Below, in pieces: positions 14,616 to 27,504 of a stretch of 64,000 nt of DNA. The stretch comes from the human T2T-CHM13v2.0 reference genome, Homo sapiens: assembly GCF_009914755.1 (NCBI RefSeq), contig NC_060928.1; one strand, 5' to 3'. Each line of letters opens with the position of its first letter. Position 1 is the stretch's first letter. Made by a program: the position numbers and the translations under genes. The notes below the pieces were generated by a model. The model ran no database searches and was not told the DNA's origin. It saw nothing but the letters and a program-made list of their open reading frames with translations.

Positions 14616-15040
14616 CAACATAACTATCAAAGTTAGGGCTTATCAGTGATCATTTTCTTCACTTCTATCTTCTGCTACTACATTATTTTATTTATGTTGT
14701 GCTCAGTTCAGGGTCTCAAGCATAAAGACTAAAATGTTGCTATTATTTTAAAGGGTTGACAACAACAGGTTCTCTAGATTGGCATTAACTCAGCTGACAC
14801 AGAGAAAAATGCAAGGATTCCCTAATCTGGAGTTTCTCTAAAATGAGAGAGCCATCAACACATGCTTACAATTGAAGCTAGAAGAGTGAGCCGTTTCAGA
14901 CATTAGGAAATTTAACTTCTAGGACTTTACCTAAGAACTTATAGCTAATAAACTGGCATCAAAATACAAATATTGCTGTGTAGGCTCCAAATTGTAAAGC
15001 TAGTTTTAGTAAATCCCAATGAATTCCATCACAACAATTT

Positions 15041-15042
<2 letters not shown>

Positions 15043-15079
<37 letters not shown>

Positions 15080-15103
15080 TGTTTTTTTGTTTGTTTGTTT
15101 TTT
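15043..15103. repeat. (AT)16 followed by (TTTG)n
   Basis: Seen directly in the sequence. Confidence 0.95.
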
Positions 15104-15150
15104 CCTAGAATGTGACCAGGGGGATCAAGCATTTATCAAGAGTTAGTAGT

Positions 15151-15452
<302 letters not shown>

Positions 15453-17221
15453 AAGAGTAGCAGTGAAAATCGGAATCATGTGATTTGTAGAATTCAACAA
15501 TGAAATATTATGTGCTACATCCATAATTGCTGATTCAATATTTACTCTGTCATAATTGTGAATGAGGGGGATGAAGGATAAGAGTTAAATTCAATTTGTA
15601 TAGAAATGCAATACATTCAGTCACAACATTCCAAATGAGTAGCTCCAAACACATTGCCATATAGTAAATTCCTGATATGCTCAGATGGGATAATGAGTTC
15701 TGTTTTTTGGTATCTTGGCAATTACAATGGCCATCAAGAAGCTTGGAGGAGAAAAATGCCTATTTTCTTCCCCCCAAAGACATGTATCAGTTAGATTGAT
15801 TTAAGATTGCATGTATCTAGAATTGAATGTAGTCTTTTTCATAATACTAGCATTATATAGCAGTTTTAAAAAGAACATAGCTATCAGAAGGAACATAGTC
15901 CTTATGAGACAGAAAAAAATAGTAATAAAAAGAATATCTTGCATTTACTTGGCATTCATTTTGTTTCATTAGAAAATATTAACCATATACTGCTTTTCAG
16001 AAAATGGAAGCACAAAGTCATGATCGTTAGAGAGAGGAATGTTTATTATCCATTATAACTGTCATTTTAATTAAGATGCATACAGATTAAATATTGTAAC
16101 CAAGGACAAATAGGCAATTAAAAACAGAACCATTATCTAACTCTTGAAGCCCAGAAATTACATTTATAGATATCTTTAAAATTGAGTAACTTCATATGTT
16201 GTGTATTGATTTTATTTTAACATAAGATAGTTTTGTTTGTTTTAGTTTAAATTGGCTGTTCATTTGAAGAACGCTTGCAATCCATGGTTTAGGCTCTATA
16301 TTTCAAACTTATTTCTGACTGACAAGTACAAGTAAAGGAGGAAATGGTCACTTAACTGGAAATTGCACAATAACATAGCATTCCCATCTAAAGATGATTT
16401 GGAGAGCTGAACATAAGTTGTTCTGTTTTAAATCTGTTGTACTGACAGCACTTTTAGAATTCTTATTTAATCTATGATGACAAAGAAATCTGCAGTCACC
16501 ATCCTGGTATAATATTCACTTTGATTTCATATATTTTAAAACTGTATTTTCTACAATAACATATTTGGTTATTATCAGTCACTGATATTACTTATTAGAT
16601 AATAAAACATGAATGAGGTTTTATTTGAATGCATAAAATATCCATACATGAAGCAAAAATACTGATACTTATGTTTTAATCTGTGTCTGCTATTCTGTAA
16701 GCTACTCCAATATTGTTGATACTCTGGGTTACCATGACAGCATGCAATTTGTATATTATCTCTTATAAAAACATTTATTTTTTAAATACATTTTCCTCTC
16801 TTATACATTCAGTGATAATTACTACAGTTTGATTAATAAAGTTTCTGTGCATCCTAAAATAAATGTTATAATTAATTATTATAAATAATGTATTATTTTA
16901 AATTATTAAAATGCTATAATTAAGGACACAAAGAAAAACTTTATGAGAAATGTTTTACCCTTATAGTATACTTTGTTAGTTCTAATAATAATCCTGATAG
17001 TTGACAATAGTCTCTGATATTTAATAATTTAGTACATATGCACACATACTCAAACAGTAACAAAAATAGATACTTGGTACGATTTAGTTTTTCTTCTTAA
17101 AAAGGAAAGGTCATATTTAGAAATACACCACTATTCATATATTATATTAGCTTAATCCTCAATTAATATAAAATATTAGAGAAGTAGACAAGCATTATTA
17201 CCAAATTAAATATGAATAATG

Positions 17222-17663
17222 TATGATGGTTAATACTAAGTGTCAACTTGATTGGATTGAAGGATGCAAAGTATTGATCCTGGGTGTGTCTGTGAGGGTG
17301 TTGCCAAAGGAGATTAACATTTGAGACAGTGGGCTGGGAAAGGCAGACCCACCCTTAATCTGGGTAGGCACCACCTAATCAGCTGCGAGCACAGCCAGAA
17401 TGTAAAGCAGGCAGAAAAAAATGTGAAAAAGCTAGACTGGCTTAGCTTCCCAGCCTACATCTTTCTCCCATGCTGGATACTTCTTGCCCTTGAACATCGG
17501 ACAAAGTTTTTCAGCTTTGGGACTTGGACTGGCTTCCTTGCTCCTCAGCTTGCAGATGGCCTATTGTGGGACCTCATGATCATGCGAGTTAATACTCCTT
17601 AACAAACTCCCCTTTACATATATATAGCCTATTAGTTCTGTTCATCTAGAAAACACTAATACA
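17222..17663 (+). mobile_element. Solo LTR MLT2A1 (HERV-L)
   Basis: TATGATGGTTAATACTAAGTGTCAACTTGATTGGATTGAAGGATGCAAAG...CTAATACA; 442 bp; colinear with the recalled MLT2A1 consensus. Confidence 0.9.
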
Positions 17664-17899
17664 GGATGTTACTTTAAAATTCAAATATGTTCATCTTTCA
17701 AAACTTTGGCATTATTATAATAGAGTAACTTCAGGAGGATTTTCACTTGATTTTTTTTAGTCCAGAAATCAACAATTGTAAAATATGAGTTCACTTTTAA
17801 GAATACAGTATACATGAGATTAAATTAATGCACTTCATAACTATCTCAGAAATAATTTAGAAGGGATTCCTGGCCTTAAAGCATTTCATCCCTGTATGC

Positions 17900-18190
17900 A
17901 TCTTCATTTAAGTTCTTGGTATAAATATCAACTCCTCAGAGAGGGCTTCTCAGACTACCTTTTTGAATATTTATTTTTGTCAATCACTTGTCGACATGCC
18001 CGGCTTTATTATTCTTTATTAGATTTATAACTTGTAACAAGTATATTATGCATTTGTCTGTTGTCTATGTTCTCTATCATTATGTAAGCTCCATGAAGGC
18101 ATAAACTTTTCCATTCTCCATCTTGTTCTCTATGGTATCTCCAGGGATTATAACCACTCTTGGTATTGAATAATTCAATAGTTATTTTCT
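17900..18190 (+). mobile_element. L2 3' fragment
   Basis: ACTCCTCAGAGAGGGCTTCTC; ATGTAAGCTCCATGAAGGCA; GTATCTCCAG. Confidence 0.6.
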
Positions 18191-18204
18191 ATGTATTATT
18201 TCAA

Positions 18205-18573
18205 GCATAATAAGAACCTTGGTCTCCACAACCCCTTATTTTAACTGAGATACTCCTTTCTATTCATTCTAGATATTTAGATATGACTCTTTTAACCAGT
18301 TGATAACCTGAAAATCTTTGAATCTACCTAGGACCTGTAAGTTCTCAGCTTCAAGCTGTCCTGCCTTTCTGGACTGAACCAATGTACAGCTCACGTGTAC
18401 TGCCTGATGTCTTATGTCTCCCTGAAACATAGAAAACCAAGTTGTAACACAACCACTTTGGGTACATGTTCTCAGGCCCTCTTGAGACTGTGCCACAGAC
18501 CATTGTCTCTTATACAGGCTCAGAATAAACTTCCTTAAATATTTTACAGAGTTTGTTTTCTTTTTAGTTAACA
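18205..18573 (+). mobile_element. MER4-group ERV1 LTR, 3' portion (MER4D/E-like)
   Basis: Ends GGCTCAGAATAAACTTCCTTAAATATTTTACAGAGTTTG...TTAACA; internal AAAATCTTTGAATCTACCTA and GGACTGAACCAATGTACA. Confidence 0.75.
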
Positions 18574-18764
18574 ACATAAACATACAAAAGAAATGAGAAG
18601 AAAAGCGCATTGCTTTTCCGTATTGTATTTATCTTTAATTTTATCTGATACCATTTTTTTCTTTCTTGGTTAACTTGCACTGCTCATTTCCATATCATTC
18701 ATTTTGCTTATCAATTAGCAACAATTTATATCACCATATTTGGTTTTATAAGAAATGAAATTAT

Positions 18765-19116
<352 letters not shown>

Positions 19117-19299
19117 TCACTGAATACGCATATACAACACATACTTTTGTTCACTATATTTACCTTTGAAAAGATGCTATATTTACCACAGTATTAACAT
19201 TACTTAGATTCCATCTATGCCAATTGAGGACAGTGAGAAATTGTGCAAATGATAGCCAGAGTGTATCATGGAAATATAACAATTTACAAAGCCAGAAAT

Positions 19300-19848
19300 T
19301 GTAAAAGCCAAGAGAAAATTTCTCCTTTGCTATCTGAGGTTGTACTAAATATGATAAATGGAATACAAATTAATTAATGTGCATGAAGGAGAGCAGAGTG
19401 ATTAACCCAAATATCCCAATGGGGCCCTGATACTAACATAGCCATTTTTTTCTGAAGGGGGAGGAGAGATGGGAAATATAAATAATTACGTTGAGGGGCA
19501 ATAAGTAATTATTATGTTAAAACTGCAATGACTCTTACACCAGCCTAATACTAGGGAGAATGAATGGATCAGGAAACAGAGATTAATTTGTAAGTGGTTC
19601 TCTTTGGAAATAGAATGAGCCTGAGAGACAGACATTATCTTATGAAAGAGTCTGTTCAGGTATGGCTACATTTTTTGTCTTCCTTTCTGCAACAGTTAAT
19701 GAGATACCAGTAAGCAGAAGGAAAAACAATTCTTTTTGGTGGATACTTCAAGTATTTATGTAGATAGGGGGAAAGTCTCTTTCTGCATCTGTTGATCTTT
19801 ATACCAGGGAGCAATATTTTGGGGTGAAATGTTTTAGTTTCCTTTGCA
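19300..19848 (-). mobile_element. MER34/MER39-group ERV1 LTR
   Basis: Minus-strand start TGCAAAGGAAACTAAAACATTTCACCCCAAAATAT resembles MER34/39 5' ends; about 550 bp; TG...CA termini. Confidence 0.6.
19512..19548. mobile_element. Internally deleted MADE1 (Hsmar1 mariner MITE)
   Basis: Reverse complement of 19519-19548 matches the Hsmar1 TIR TTAGGTTGGTGCAAAAGTAATTGCGGTTTT at 25/30; 7-bp stub TTATGTT of the other TIR; TA on both sides. Confidence 0.7.
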
Positions 19849-20256
19849 GGGTTAATAGAAACTACCTACTTCAACTCCTTTATTTCATTCACAAGAAAAT
19901 TGAAGATGAGAGAAGTAAAGTGATGTCTTGACCAGAGTCAAGAAATAGATTTGAGATTCTTAATTACTTATGTGATCCTCTCCAGATTGCATTATATGGC
20001 ATGCTTTCAAACAACATCTTGGCTGTAACTTTATTAACCTCTTTGATAAGCCAAGGCAAATTATCATTAACCAAATAAAATACTAAATTAAGAAATAGAT
20101 GTGTCAATGTGGTACAAAAACAGTGGCATTAAAAGACCAACTTGCTTTAATTTAAAAGAGTACAGATGGATTTCTTTTTTAATCCACTCCTTCCCCAATT
20201 CTCCTATATTCATATTGTCTCCCAGTTTTGTCTTATATAATTCTAATTGTTCATTT

Positions 20257-20688
20257 TGCTAAGGGAAAAACTTCAGCCAAATTAAATTTAAAGGAGTTTA
20301 ATTGAGCAATGAGCAATTCACAAATGGGGCAGCACCTAGAATCAAAGCAGATTCAGAGAGATTACAGGGATGCCTCATGGTCAGAACAAATTTATAGACA
20401 AAAAAAGCAAAGTGACATACAGAAATTGGAAGTGAGGTACAGAAACAGCCGGAATGGTTACAGCTCAGCATTTGCCTTATCTGAACACAGTCTGAACACT
20501 CAGCAGTGAGTGACTGGTTGAAGTATGACTGCTGGGATTGACCAAGACTCAGTGATTGCTACAGGTACATTCTCCTAAATTAGGTTCTCAATCTTGCCTG
20601 ACTATTAAGTTAGGTTGCAGTTCATCCACAAGGACTCAAATACAGAAGTACAGAGTCCTTCTCAGGCCATATTTAGTTTGCTTTAACA
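20257..20688 (-). mobile_element. MER57(A1-like) 3' LTR
   Basis: Minus strand TGTTAAAGCAAACTAAATATGGCCTGAGAAGGACTC...; direct repeat of 24491-24918; adjacent polypurine tract. Confidence 0.88.
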
Positions 20689-21217
20689 ATTCCCACCTTT
20701 TGGTTATTTTCTCAATTTTGAAAGATTGACCAAAACCTTAGGTATTGAGATCACTATCATCATCATAAATGTACTTATTTGGTCTTGAAACCCATTGGGG
20801 ATGAGTAGAATAGTGAATTTTGCAAAGATAGGAACAAGGACTGCATAGAGGATACCTCCTTATGCTGGAACATTCTGTTTACAGGAGAAAATCAAAACCT
20901 GGTCTGTTCTGGTCTAAGTTCTTAGTGTTTCTTTAAAGTCTTAGTTTGATTATATCACATTTAGCATAAATGACTCCATTTTTGTTTGGCTTGGTCTGTT
21001 AAGGCCTAGTGCATGAGCTCAGTCCAAAACAATGGCCTCCCATGATTTTGTTTTAAAAAACTCCCCCTTTTTGGCCAGATTCTTACTTAGGTGAGAATGT
21101 GACCAAAACTTAGGATCTTGGTGCCACTCTCAGTTACTATCATTTTTGGTTTCCAATCTCAGCCTGTCATTCACAGGATATGGTTTCCTTAGGCTCACAC
21201 ATTTCTTTTAGCTCTTG

Positions 21218-21760
21218 TCATTCCAGTTGAGGAGAGACCATTTGACATTCTAGATATGGCTGCATGCAAACATTTAAAACATTTAAAATGTAGTGCACCA
21301 GGGAGACTATTATCATGACTATCGGGAGGATAATAACAACAGTTTGGAGTATGCTCCTTACCCAGGGTCTGTATAAACTAAACAACCTCAAATCACATAG
21401 ATCAAAGAATAAGCTAAAGAGTCCACTCACTTTACCAAGCAGTCTCTTCTTTAATCACCTACAAGTGGATCTCTATAATATCTGATGTTTACTCCATAGG
21501 CCATAAGTGCCAGCACAGATACTTTTCTGTTTATCCAATTATATTACTTAGCATAACTTTCACAAGAGAATTTAAAGTCTGGTGTGTAATCATAGCCTTT
21601 ACAGTAGAATCTGCCATAGATCCTATTGTGAGGGGTGCATTTCTATTCATTGCCTCTTTTATTCCAAACCATGGAAAAAGGACCTAACAAATGATGCCCT
21701 TCTCTTACAGAAGAGTGAAGTCCTCCTGGCAATGTTCTCCTTAACTCATGATGTGAGTTA
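21218..21760 (-). pseudogene. Decayed gammaretroviral-type env TM subunit
   Basis: Minus-strand translations across frameshifts: [11 protein letters not shown] (degenerate furin site), ASFVRS/FPWFG, KAMITHQTLNSLVKVMLSNIIG* (heptad plus ISD-like), PWVRSILQTVVIILPIVMIIVSLV (membrane anchor). Confidence 0.7.
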
Positions 21761-21773
21761 AGAGCAATGAATC

Positions 21774-22084
<311 letters not shown>

Positions 22085-24470
22085 TCAATGTTCTGTTTTG
22101 GACTTATTATGAGGCAATCTATGTATCATTAAAGTTTCTCACCTACATTGGGCCTTCATCTTTTACCTATCAAAGTATAAAGTTATCCATGTATAAGACT
22201 GGCTATACAATTCTTCACAAATAAAAGTATACCCCATAAGTGCACACAACAGACCCCTTTCTATTTCTGTTGCTCATAGAGGCATAAACAAGAAAAAATA
22301 TTGAAAGACGAGAGTTTCATGATGGTAGAAGTCTCAACCTATTGTCTTGGGAAAATCTGTTCTCATGAAGGATGCTCTCTTTTTCTGGGGATAGACTTCC
22401 CTGGCTGGCATTACCTTAAAGGTTCCAATGGAAGTACAGTTCCAAGAGCATGCAGGGACCCTTCTTAGTTGTGAGATTAAGAACCCAAAATTCAAGTTTC
22501 CAAAGCTTTGCTGCAATATGGATAGCAAAGACAGCCTTTCTATGATGTTCTCAGAATATACAATCTTCAGGTTCTAGATTGTGGAGGGGTTTATTATGCT
22601 CAGTGCACCATAAAAAGCTTTCTTTACCTGGTGAAAATATACTGTCGCTTAAAAACTTAGTATTATAACATCAGCCCTCTTGCATTGGAGAGCTTTTACA
22701 CAACCAGAAAATATGCATTATAAATAACAAATAAAATCCCTTTATAAAATGTTTACGTGGCCCATCAGGTGACCAAATATACCTGGAGCTTTGATTGTTT
22801 TCCCAGGAATATGGGACCAAACATTGGTTATAAACTATTTGCAATTTGTAAGCCACCACACCAATATATTTGATTTGGATTATTTTATCTTTTCTATGAT
22901 GAGTCATGGAATGCAGAATTTTTAACAATAAAAGCTTTGAGGACTTAGGAAGGACAAGGTGGCCATGGAGTCATCTCCATGACTCCATGCTTAATTAACA
23001 GGTTTATAGCCCCTTGAATACTAGTTATTTCTCCAAATTAGGTGCATAGTACTGACAACTGATGGGTTATCAGAGGTAATTTGACTTAGACCATGGAGTT
23101 TATTCAATTTGTATATCTAAACAATTTCACTATCAGCTGACTTATGGCAGAACAATACAGAAAGACACACAAAGCACATCAGATTCACTACATCTTAAGA
23201 CCAGCCTCAGAATTCTTTTTCATGTTAATCAAAACTTTACAGAGGAGATAAACAGTGACTTTTACCATTCGTTTAACCAGTTTGCACAGAGAGAGAGAGA
23301 GAGACCAGAGCCTGACTTGCAAGAAATTCTTATCCTTTTGTCACCATATCAGGATTCTGGGTTTCCTTTCCCTGAGTGGCCCTAGTGACCCGCCTTGCCC
23401 TGGGGGCCAAGCTGTATCATAAAGGAAAATCATCATTTTGTTTGTTTGTTTGTTTCATGGAACCACAGGCAAAAGCCTCTCCATTTTGCAAGTTGTTGCC
23501 CAAGGGATTGCAAGGGGTAATCCAAATAACATTTTTCATTCTGGCCAGAGCAAAATACATGTGACAAAACATAGACATTAGCCACTTTGCTTAGCACCCA
23601 ATATAGAACTGGCAAGGCTCGAACTTGCCCCCAGTTGAGCTCTGTCATCTGTAATCCATTTTTAACCAAGAGGGACTTTATTGAGGGGACAGGCTCTAAC
23701 TCAGTCCCATCCTTTACTCAGGTAAAATGTATCCCATTACTTATCCAAAGTCAGCCAACTTGTGCTGCAGTCTATTTCCTTTGGATCAGGAAAGTAACTA
23801 AGCTGAAAGATTACCAGATTTAATTTTTTGGGAGCTCTCATTTTTAAATGCACTTTAATGCATTGTTGTTTATTCAGAATGTTCCCTTGTAAGTTACCTT
23901 TGGTGAGATTTCGCCATTTCTGTAACACTTTAATCCTTCAGGTGCCTAATGTACAAGCCGGAAGAAACTCAGTTTTTCATAAATTAAGTTTTTCATAAAT
24001 TTTTACCTAAAATATTGGCTTTGCTTTCAGGTTCCCTTGATTAACTTAGCCAATGATTTTTATTCCTAGTTGCGTGTGCAAGAAAAATAAAACAAAGGTG
24101 TAGAATAATAATCCCTGCAAATTTCTGAAAGCCAAAATGTTCAGGATATTACCATTTGCTACCAGTTTCTTTCTGACCAAGTCAGATGTAATAGACCTCT
24201 AACTTCATTCAAGTAAGTTAATTACTGGATCAAATCCATTCGTGGACCCAGTCCATTTTCTATCATGAATTCCAAATCTCGTTTGGATCAGAAATTTGCT
24301 CAAAGAAACTCAGAGAGCTCAAAACACAACTCTGTGGAGGCCCGAAGTCTAAGAGAGAACTTATGTACAATCCCCAGCTGCTCTGAGAGATTAATTGCCA
24401 AAAGTGGGTCCTACAGATACCTTACTTGTTCACTCAGTGCTCCTGGGGGTCATTAGAAACTCTGCTTTGG

Positions 24471-24488
24471 ATCCCACTTGTGACACCA
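24471..24488 (-). promoter_or_regulatory. Retroviral primer-binding site, tRNA-Leu
   Basis: Minus strand TGGTGTCACAAGTGGGAT, 17/18 to the complement of the tRNA-Leu 3' end (ATCCCACTTCTGACACCA); 2 nt from the 5' LTR. Confidence 0.8.
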
Positions 24489-24490
24489 TC

Positions 24491-24918
24491 TGTTAAAAGA
24501 AAAACTTCAGCTGAATTAAATTTAAAGGAGTTTAATTGAGCAATGAATGATTCACAAATTGGGCAGCCCCCAAAATCACAGCAGATTCAGAAACTCGGGG
24601 GTGCCTTGTGGTCAGAACAAATATATAGACAAAAAAATAAACTGATGTACAGAGATTGGAAGTGAGGTACAGGAACAGCTGGATTGGTTACAGCTCAGCC
24701 TTTGCCTTATTTGAACATAGTTTGAACACTCAGCCGTGTAGCATTGGTTGAAGTACAGCTGCTGGGATTAGTTAAGACTCAGTGATTGTTACAGGTGCAT
24801 ACTCCTAAGTTAGGTTTTCAATCTTTTCTACCTATTAAGTTAGGTTGCAGTTCATCCACAAGGACTCAAATATAGAAGTATGGGGTCCTTCTCAGGCCAT
24901 ATTTAGTTTGCTTTAACA
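24491..24918 (-). mobile_element. MER57(A1-like) 5' LTR
   Basis: Direct repeat of 20257-20688; TG...CA termini; provirus flanks ATTT/GTTT (3/4 TSD). Confidence 0.88.
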
Positions 24919-25116
24919 GTTTACATTTTCTTGTGTCTGTACACACATATTTCTTTTTTTTTAAATCTTGGTTTCTCTGTTCATGTATTAATTTAGCAAT
25001 TATATCAGCCAGACATTTTAGACTCCAAGGAAGCAGCAGTAAATAAAATTGAAAAAAAATCCCCTCTCACGTATCTTTCACTAATGTGAGGAAAATAATA
25101 ATAACAAATAACTATG

Positions 25117-26599
25117 TGTTAAAGTATGTCCCAGTTGACAGAAAAGATGGACTCCCTGTGGCTCAAAAGTTAAGAGCAGAACCAAGCAGCCTTGGCAGGG
25201 TGAGGGTGTGGTCCTTGGCACATATAGAAAAATCTGTTTTTCTGCACCCAAGTCAAAGAGCAGTTCCTGAAAACAATATTAAAGACAACCAAAGGGGTGG
25301 CCTGCCCCTCCACACCTGTGGGTATTTCTAGTCAGAAAAGAAATAAGACACAGAGACAAAGTATAGGAAACAACAGTGGGCCCAGGAGACTAGCACTCAG
25401 CACACCAAGGACCTGCACCGGCACCGGGCTCTGAGTTCCCTCAGTTTTTATTAATTATTATTTTCATTATTTCAGCAAAAAGGAATGTAGTAGGAGAACA
25501 GGGTGATAATAAGGAGAAAGTCAGCAAAAAACATGTGAGCAAAAGAATCTATATCATAATTAAGTTCAAAGGAAGGTACTATGCCTGGATGTGCACGTAG
25601 GCCAGATTTATGTTTCTCTCCACACAAACAGCTCAGCGGAGTAAAGAACAACAAGGCAGCATTACTGCAAACATGTCTCGCCTCCCACCATAGGGCGGTT
25701 TTTCACGTATCTCAGAATTGAACAAATGTACCATCGGGTTTTATACCGAGACATTCAGTTCCCAGGGGCACGCAGGAGACAGTGGCCTTCCTCTATCTCA
25801 ACTGCAAGAGGCTTTCCTCTTTTACAAATCCACCTCAGCACAGACCCTTTACGGGTGTCGGGCTGGGGGATGGTCAGGTCTTTCTCATCCCATGAGGCCA
25901 TATTTCAGACTATCACATGGGGAGAAACCTTGGACAACACCCCACTTTCAAGGGCAGAGGTCCTTGCGGCTTTCCACAGTGCATTGTGCCCCTGGTTTAT
26001 TGAGACTAGAGAATGGCGATGACTTTTACCAAGTATACTGCTTGTAAACATTTTGTTAACAAGGCACGTCCTGCACAGCCCTAGATGCCTTAAACCTTGA
26101 TTTTATACAACACGTGTTTTTGTGAGCTCTAGGTTAGGTCAAAGTGGCTGGCGCAAAGTGGCTGGGGCAAAGCTACCAATTAACAACATCTCAGCAAAGC
26201 AATTGTTTAAAGTACAGGTCTTTTACAAAATGGAGTCTCTTATGTCTTCCCTTTCTACATAGACACAGTGACAGTCTGATCTCTCTTTCTTTTCCCTATA
26301 GACAACTGCCACTGAAAATTCCCCAAATGATGACCACTGGAACCACCTGACGGAAGACAATTAAGAGAGACTGGTGATGTGGGGGTTAAAGGCTATTAAA
26401 TTCAGATTCTGTTCCCCACTCCATTGACTCCCCTACCCTTTCTGGAGTGTTTGACTCTATAATCTCTCACCCTCCAAACCGTCCTCAGAGCACACTTTCC
26501 TGTTGCACCAAAGGCTGCATTCTCCTTAATCTGCAGTAATGTTTTAGAAAATAATGTTCTCCTTTTGTCTCCATAGATTGTATTGGCTTTTAATTAACA
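25117..26599 (+). mobile_element. Older LTR (LTR47-like), split by LTR5A into 25117-25289 and 26307-26599
   Basis: TGTTAAAGTATGTCCCAGTTGACAGAAAAGATGGACTCCCTGTGGCT ... TTAATTAACA termini; about 465 bp once LTR5A is removed. Confidence 0.6.
25290..26300 (-). mobile_element. Solo LTR5A (HERV-K HML-2)
   Basis: Minus strand TATAGGGAAAAGAAAGAGAGATCAGACTGTCACTGTGTCTATGTAGAAAGGGAAGAC... GGGGCAGGCCACCCCTTTG; duplicated CCAGCCACTTTG motif; perfect 6-bp TSD GACAAC (25284-25289 and 26301-26306). Confidence 0.93.
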
Positions 26600-26604
26600 T
26601 ATAT

Positions 26605-26800
26605 ATCTAATGTTAGGCATTCCCTATGTACTGGGCACTGTTCTAAGAATCTTAGATAGGACAACATCACTCAATCTACACAACAAGCCTATTAGCAAGG
26701 TACGATTCTTACCCTCATTTTTATGGATGAGGAAATTAAGATAGAGAATGGCAAGGTAAAATTGCTCAAGACCACATCTCTAGTAAATAGCAAAACCCAT
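26605..26800 (-). mobile_element. MIR SINE
   Basis: CTATGTACTGGGCACTGTTCTAAG...CTCATTTTTATGGATGAGGAAATTAAG...TTGCTCAAGACCACATCTCTAGTAAATAGC. Confidence 0.75.
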
Positions 26801-26819
26801 AAATATAGCAAAAAATATG

Positions 26820-27495
26820 TCCCCTCAACTACTCTGCTATGGTAGCATTCTGTGTGAGATGTGTGAAAAGCAAGTAGAACTGATCAAGCAAAAATAGTGA
26901 TGAATGCACAAGAGAGGAGGGTATTTTATTTAAGGGGGTCATGGAGAGCCTCAATGAAAAGATAAGAAAGCTAGTCATGCAAACCCATGAGGAAAAGCTT
27001 TGATGGGACTGCAGAGGCAAACATTGGCATTAGGGATGTGCTTTCCCTCCTTCCTAATTAAATAAATAAATAAATAGTATATTTTCTGTGTGAGATAAAA
27101 AAGCTTCGAGGAACTTTGAGCAAGAAAGTGATATATTCAGATTAAAAGGATTAGTTGAATTGCTCTTGAAAATACCCTAAAGGAACTAAAAGTGAAAGAA
27201 GAATCCATTATTTAGGAGAGGATGCCTAGTGTATTAACAATGGAAGTGGTGAGAAATGGTTGGACTTATATGTATATATATATATGATATATTATGTATA
27301 TATTAAGATCTCCTGGTCACTCCATGTGGGTCGTGGAGAAAAAGTGGAATTGAGGCTGACTTTTACTTGTTTATCCTTGCTCCTAGGCAAATGGCAGTGC
27401 TAGATACTGCAATGGGGAAGACTAGGAGACGAATAGATTAGAGGTAGGTCAAACATTCAGTTGCAGACTCTAACTTTGAGACACCTGTCATCCCT
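26820..27495 (-). mobile_element. L2 fragments
   Basis: Purine-rich antisense L2 motifs: GAACTTTGAGCAAGAAAGTGATAT; GGAAGTGGTGAGAAATGGTTGGA; ATGGGGAAGACTAGGAGA. Confidence 0.55.
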
Positions 27496-27504
27496 CAACT
27501 ATCT

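Noticed and set aside
23971-24001. 15-bp direct repeat AGTTTTTCATAAATT in the ERV leader
   Set aside because: Most simply a local slippage duplication, with no functional indication
24471-24488. tRNA-Leu gene fragment
   Set aside because: Only the 18-nt 3' end matches, and it lies next to an LTR, so it is a primer-binding site and not a tRNA gene
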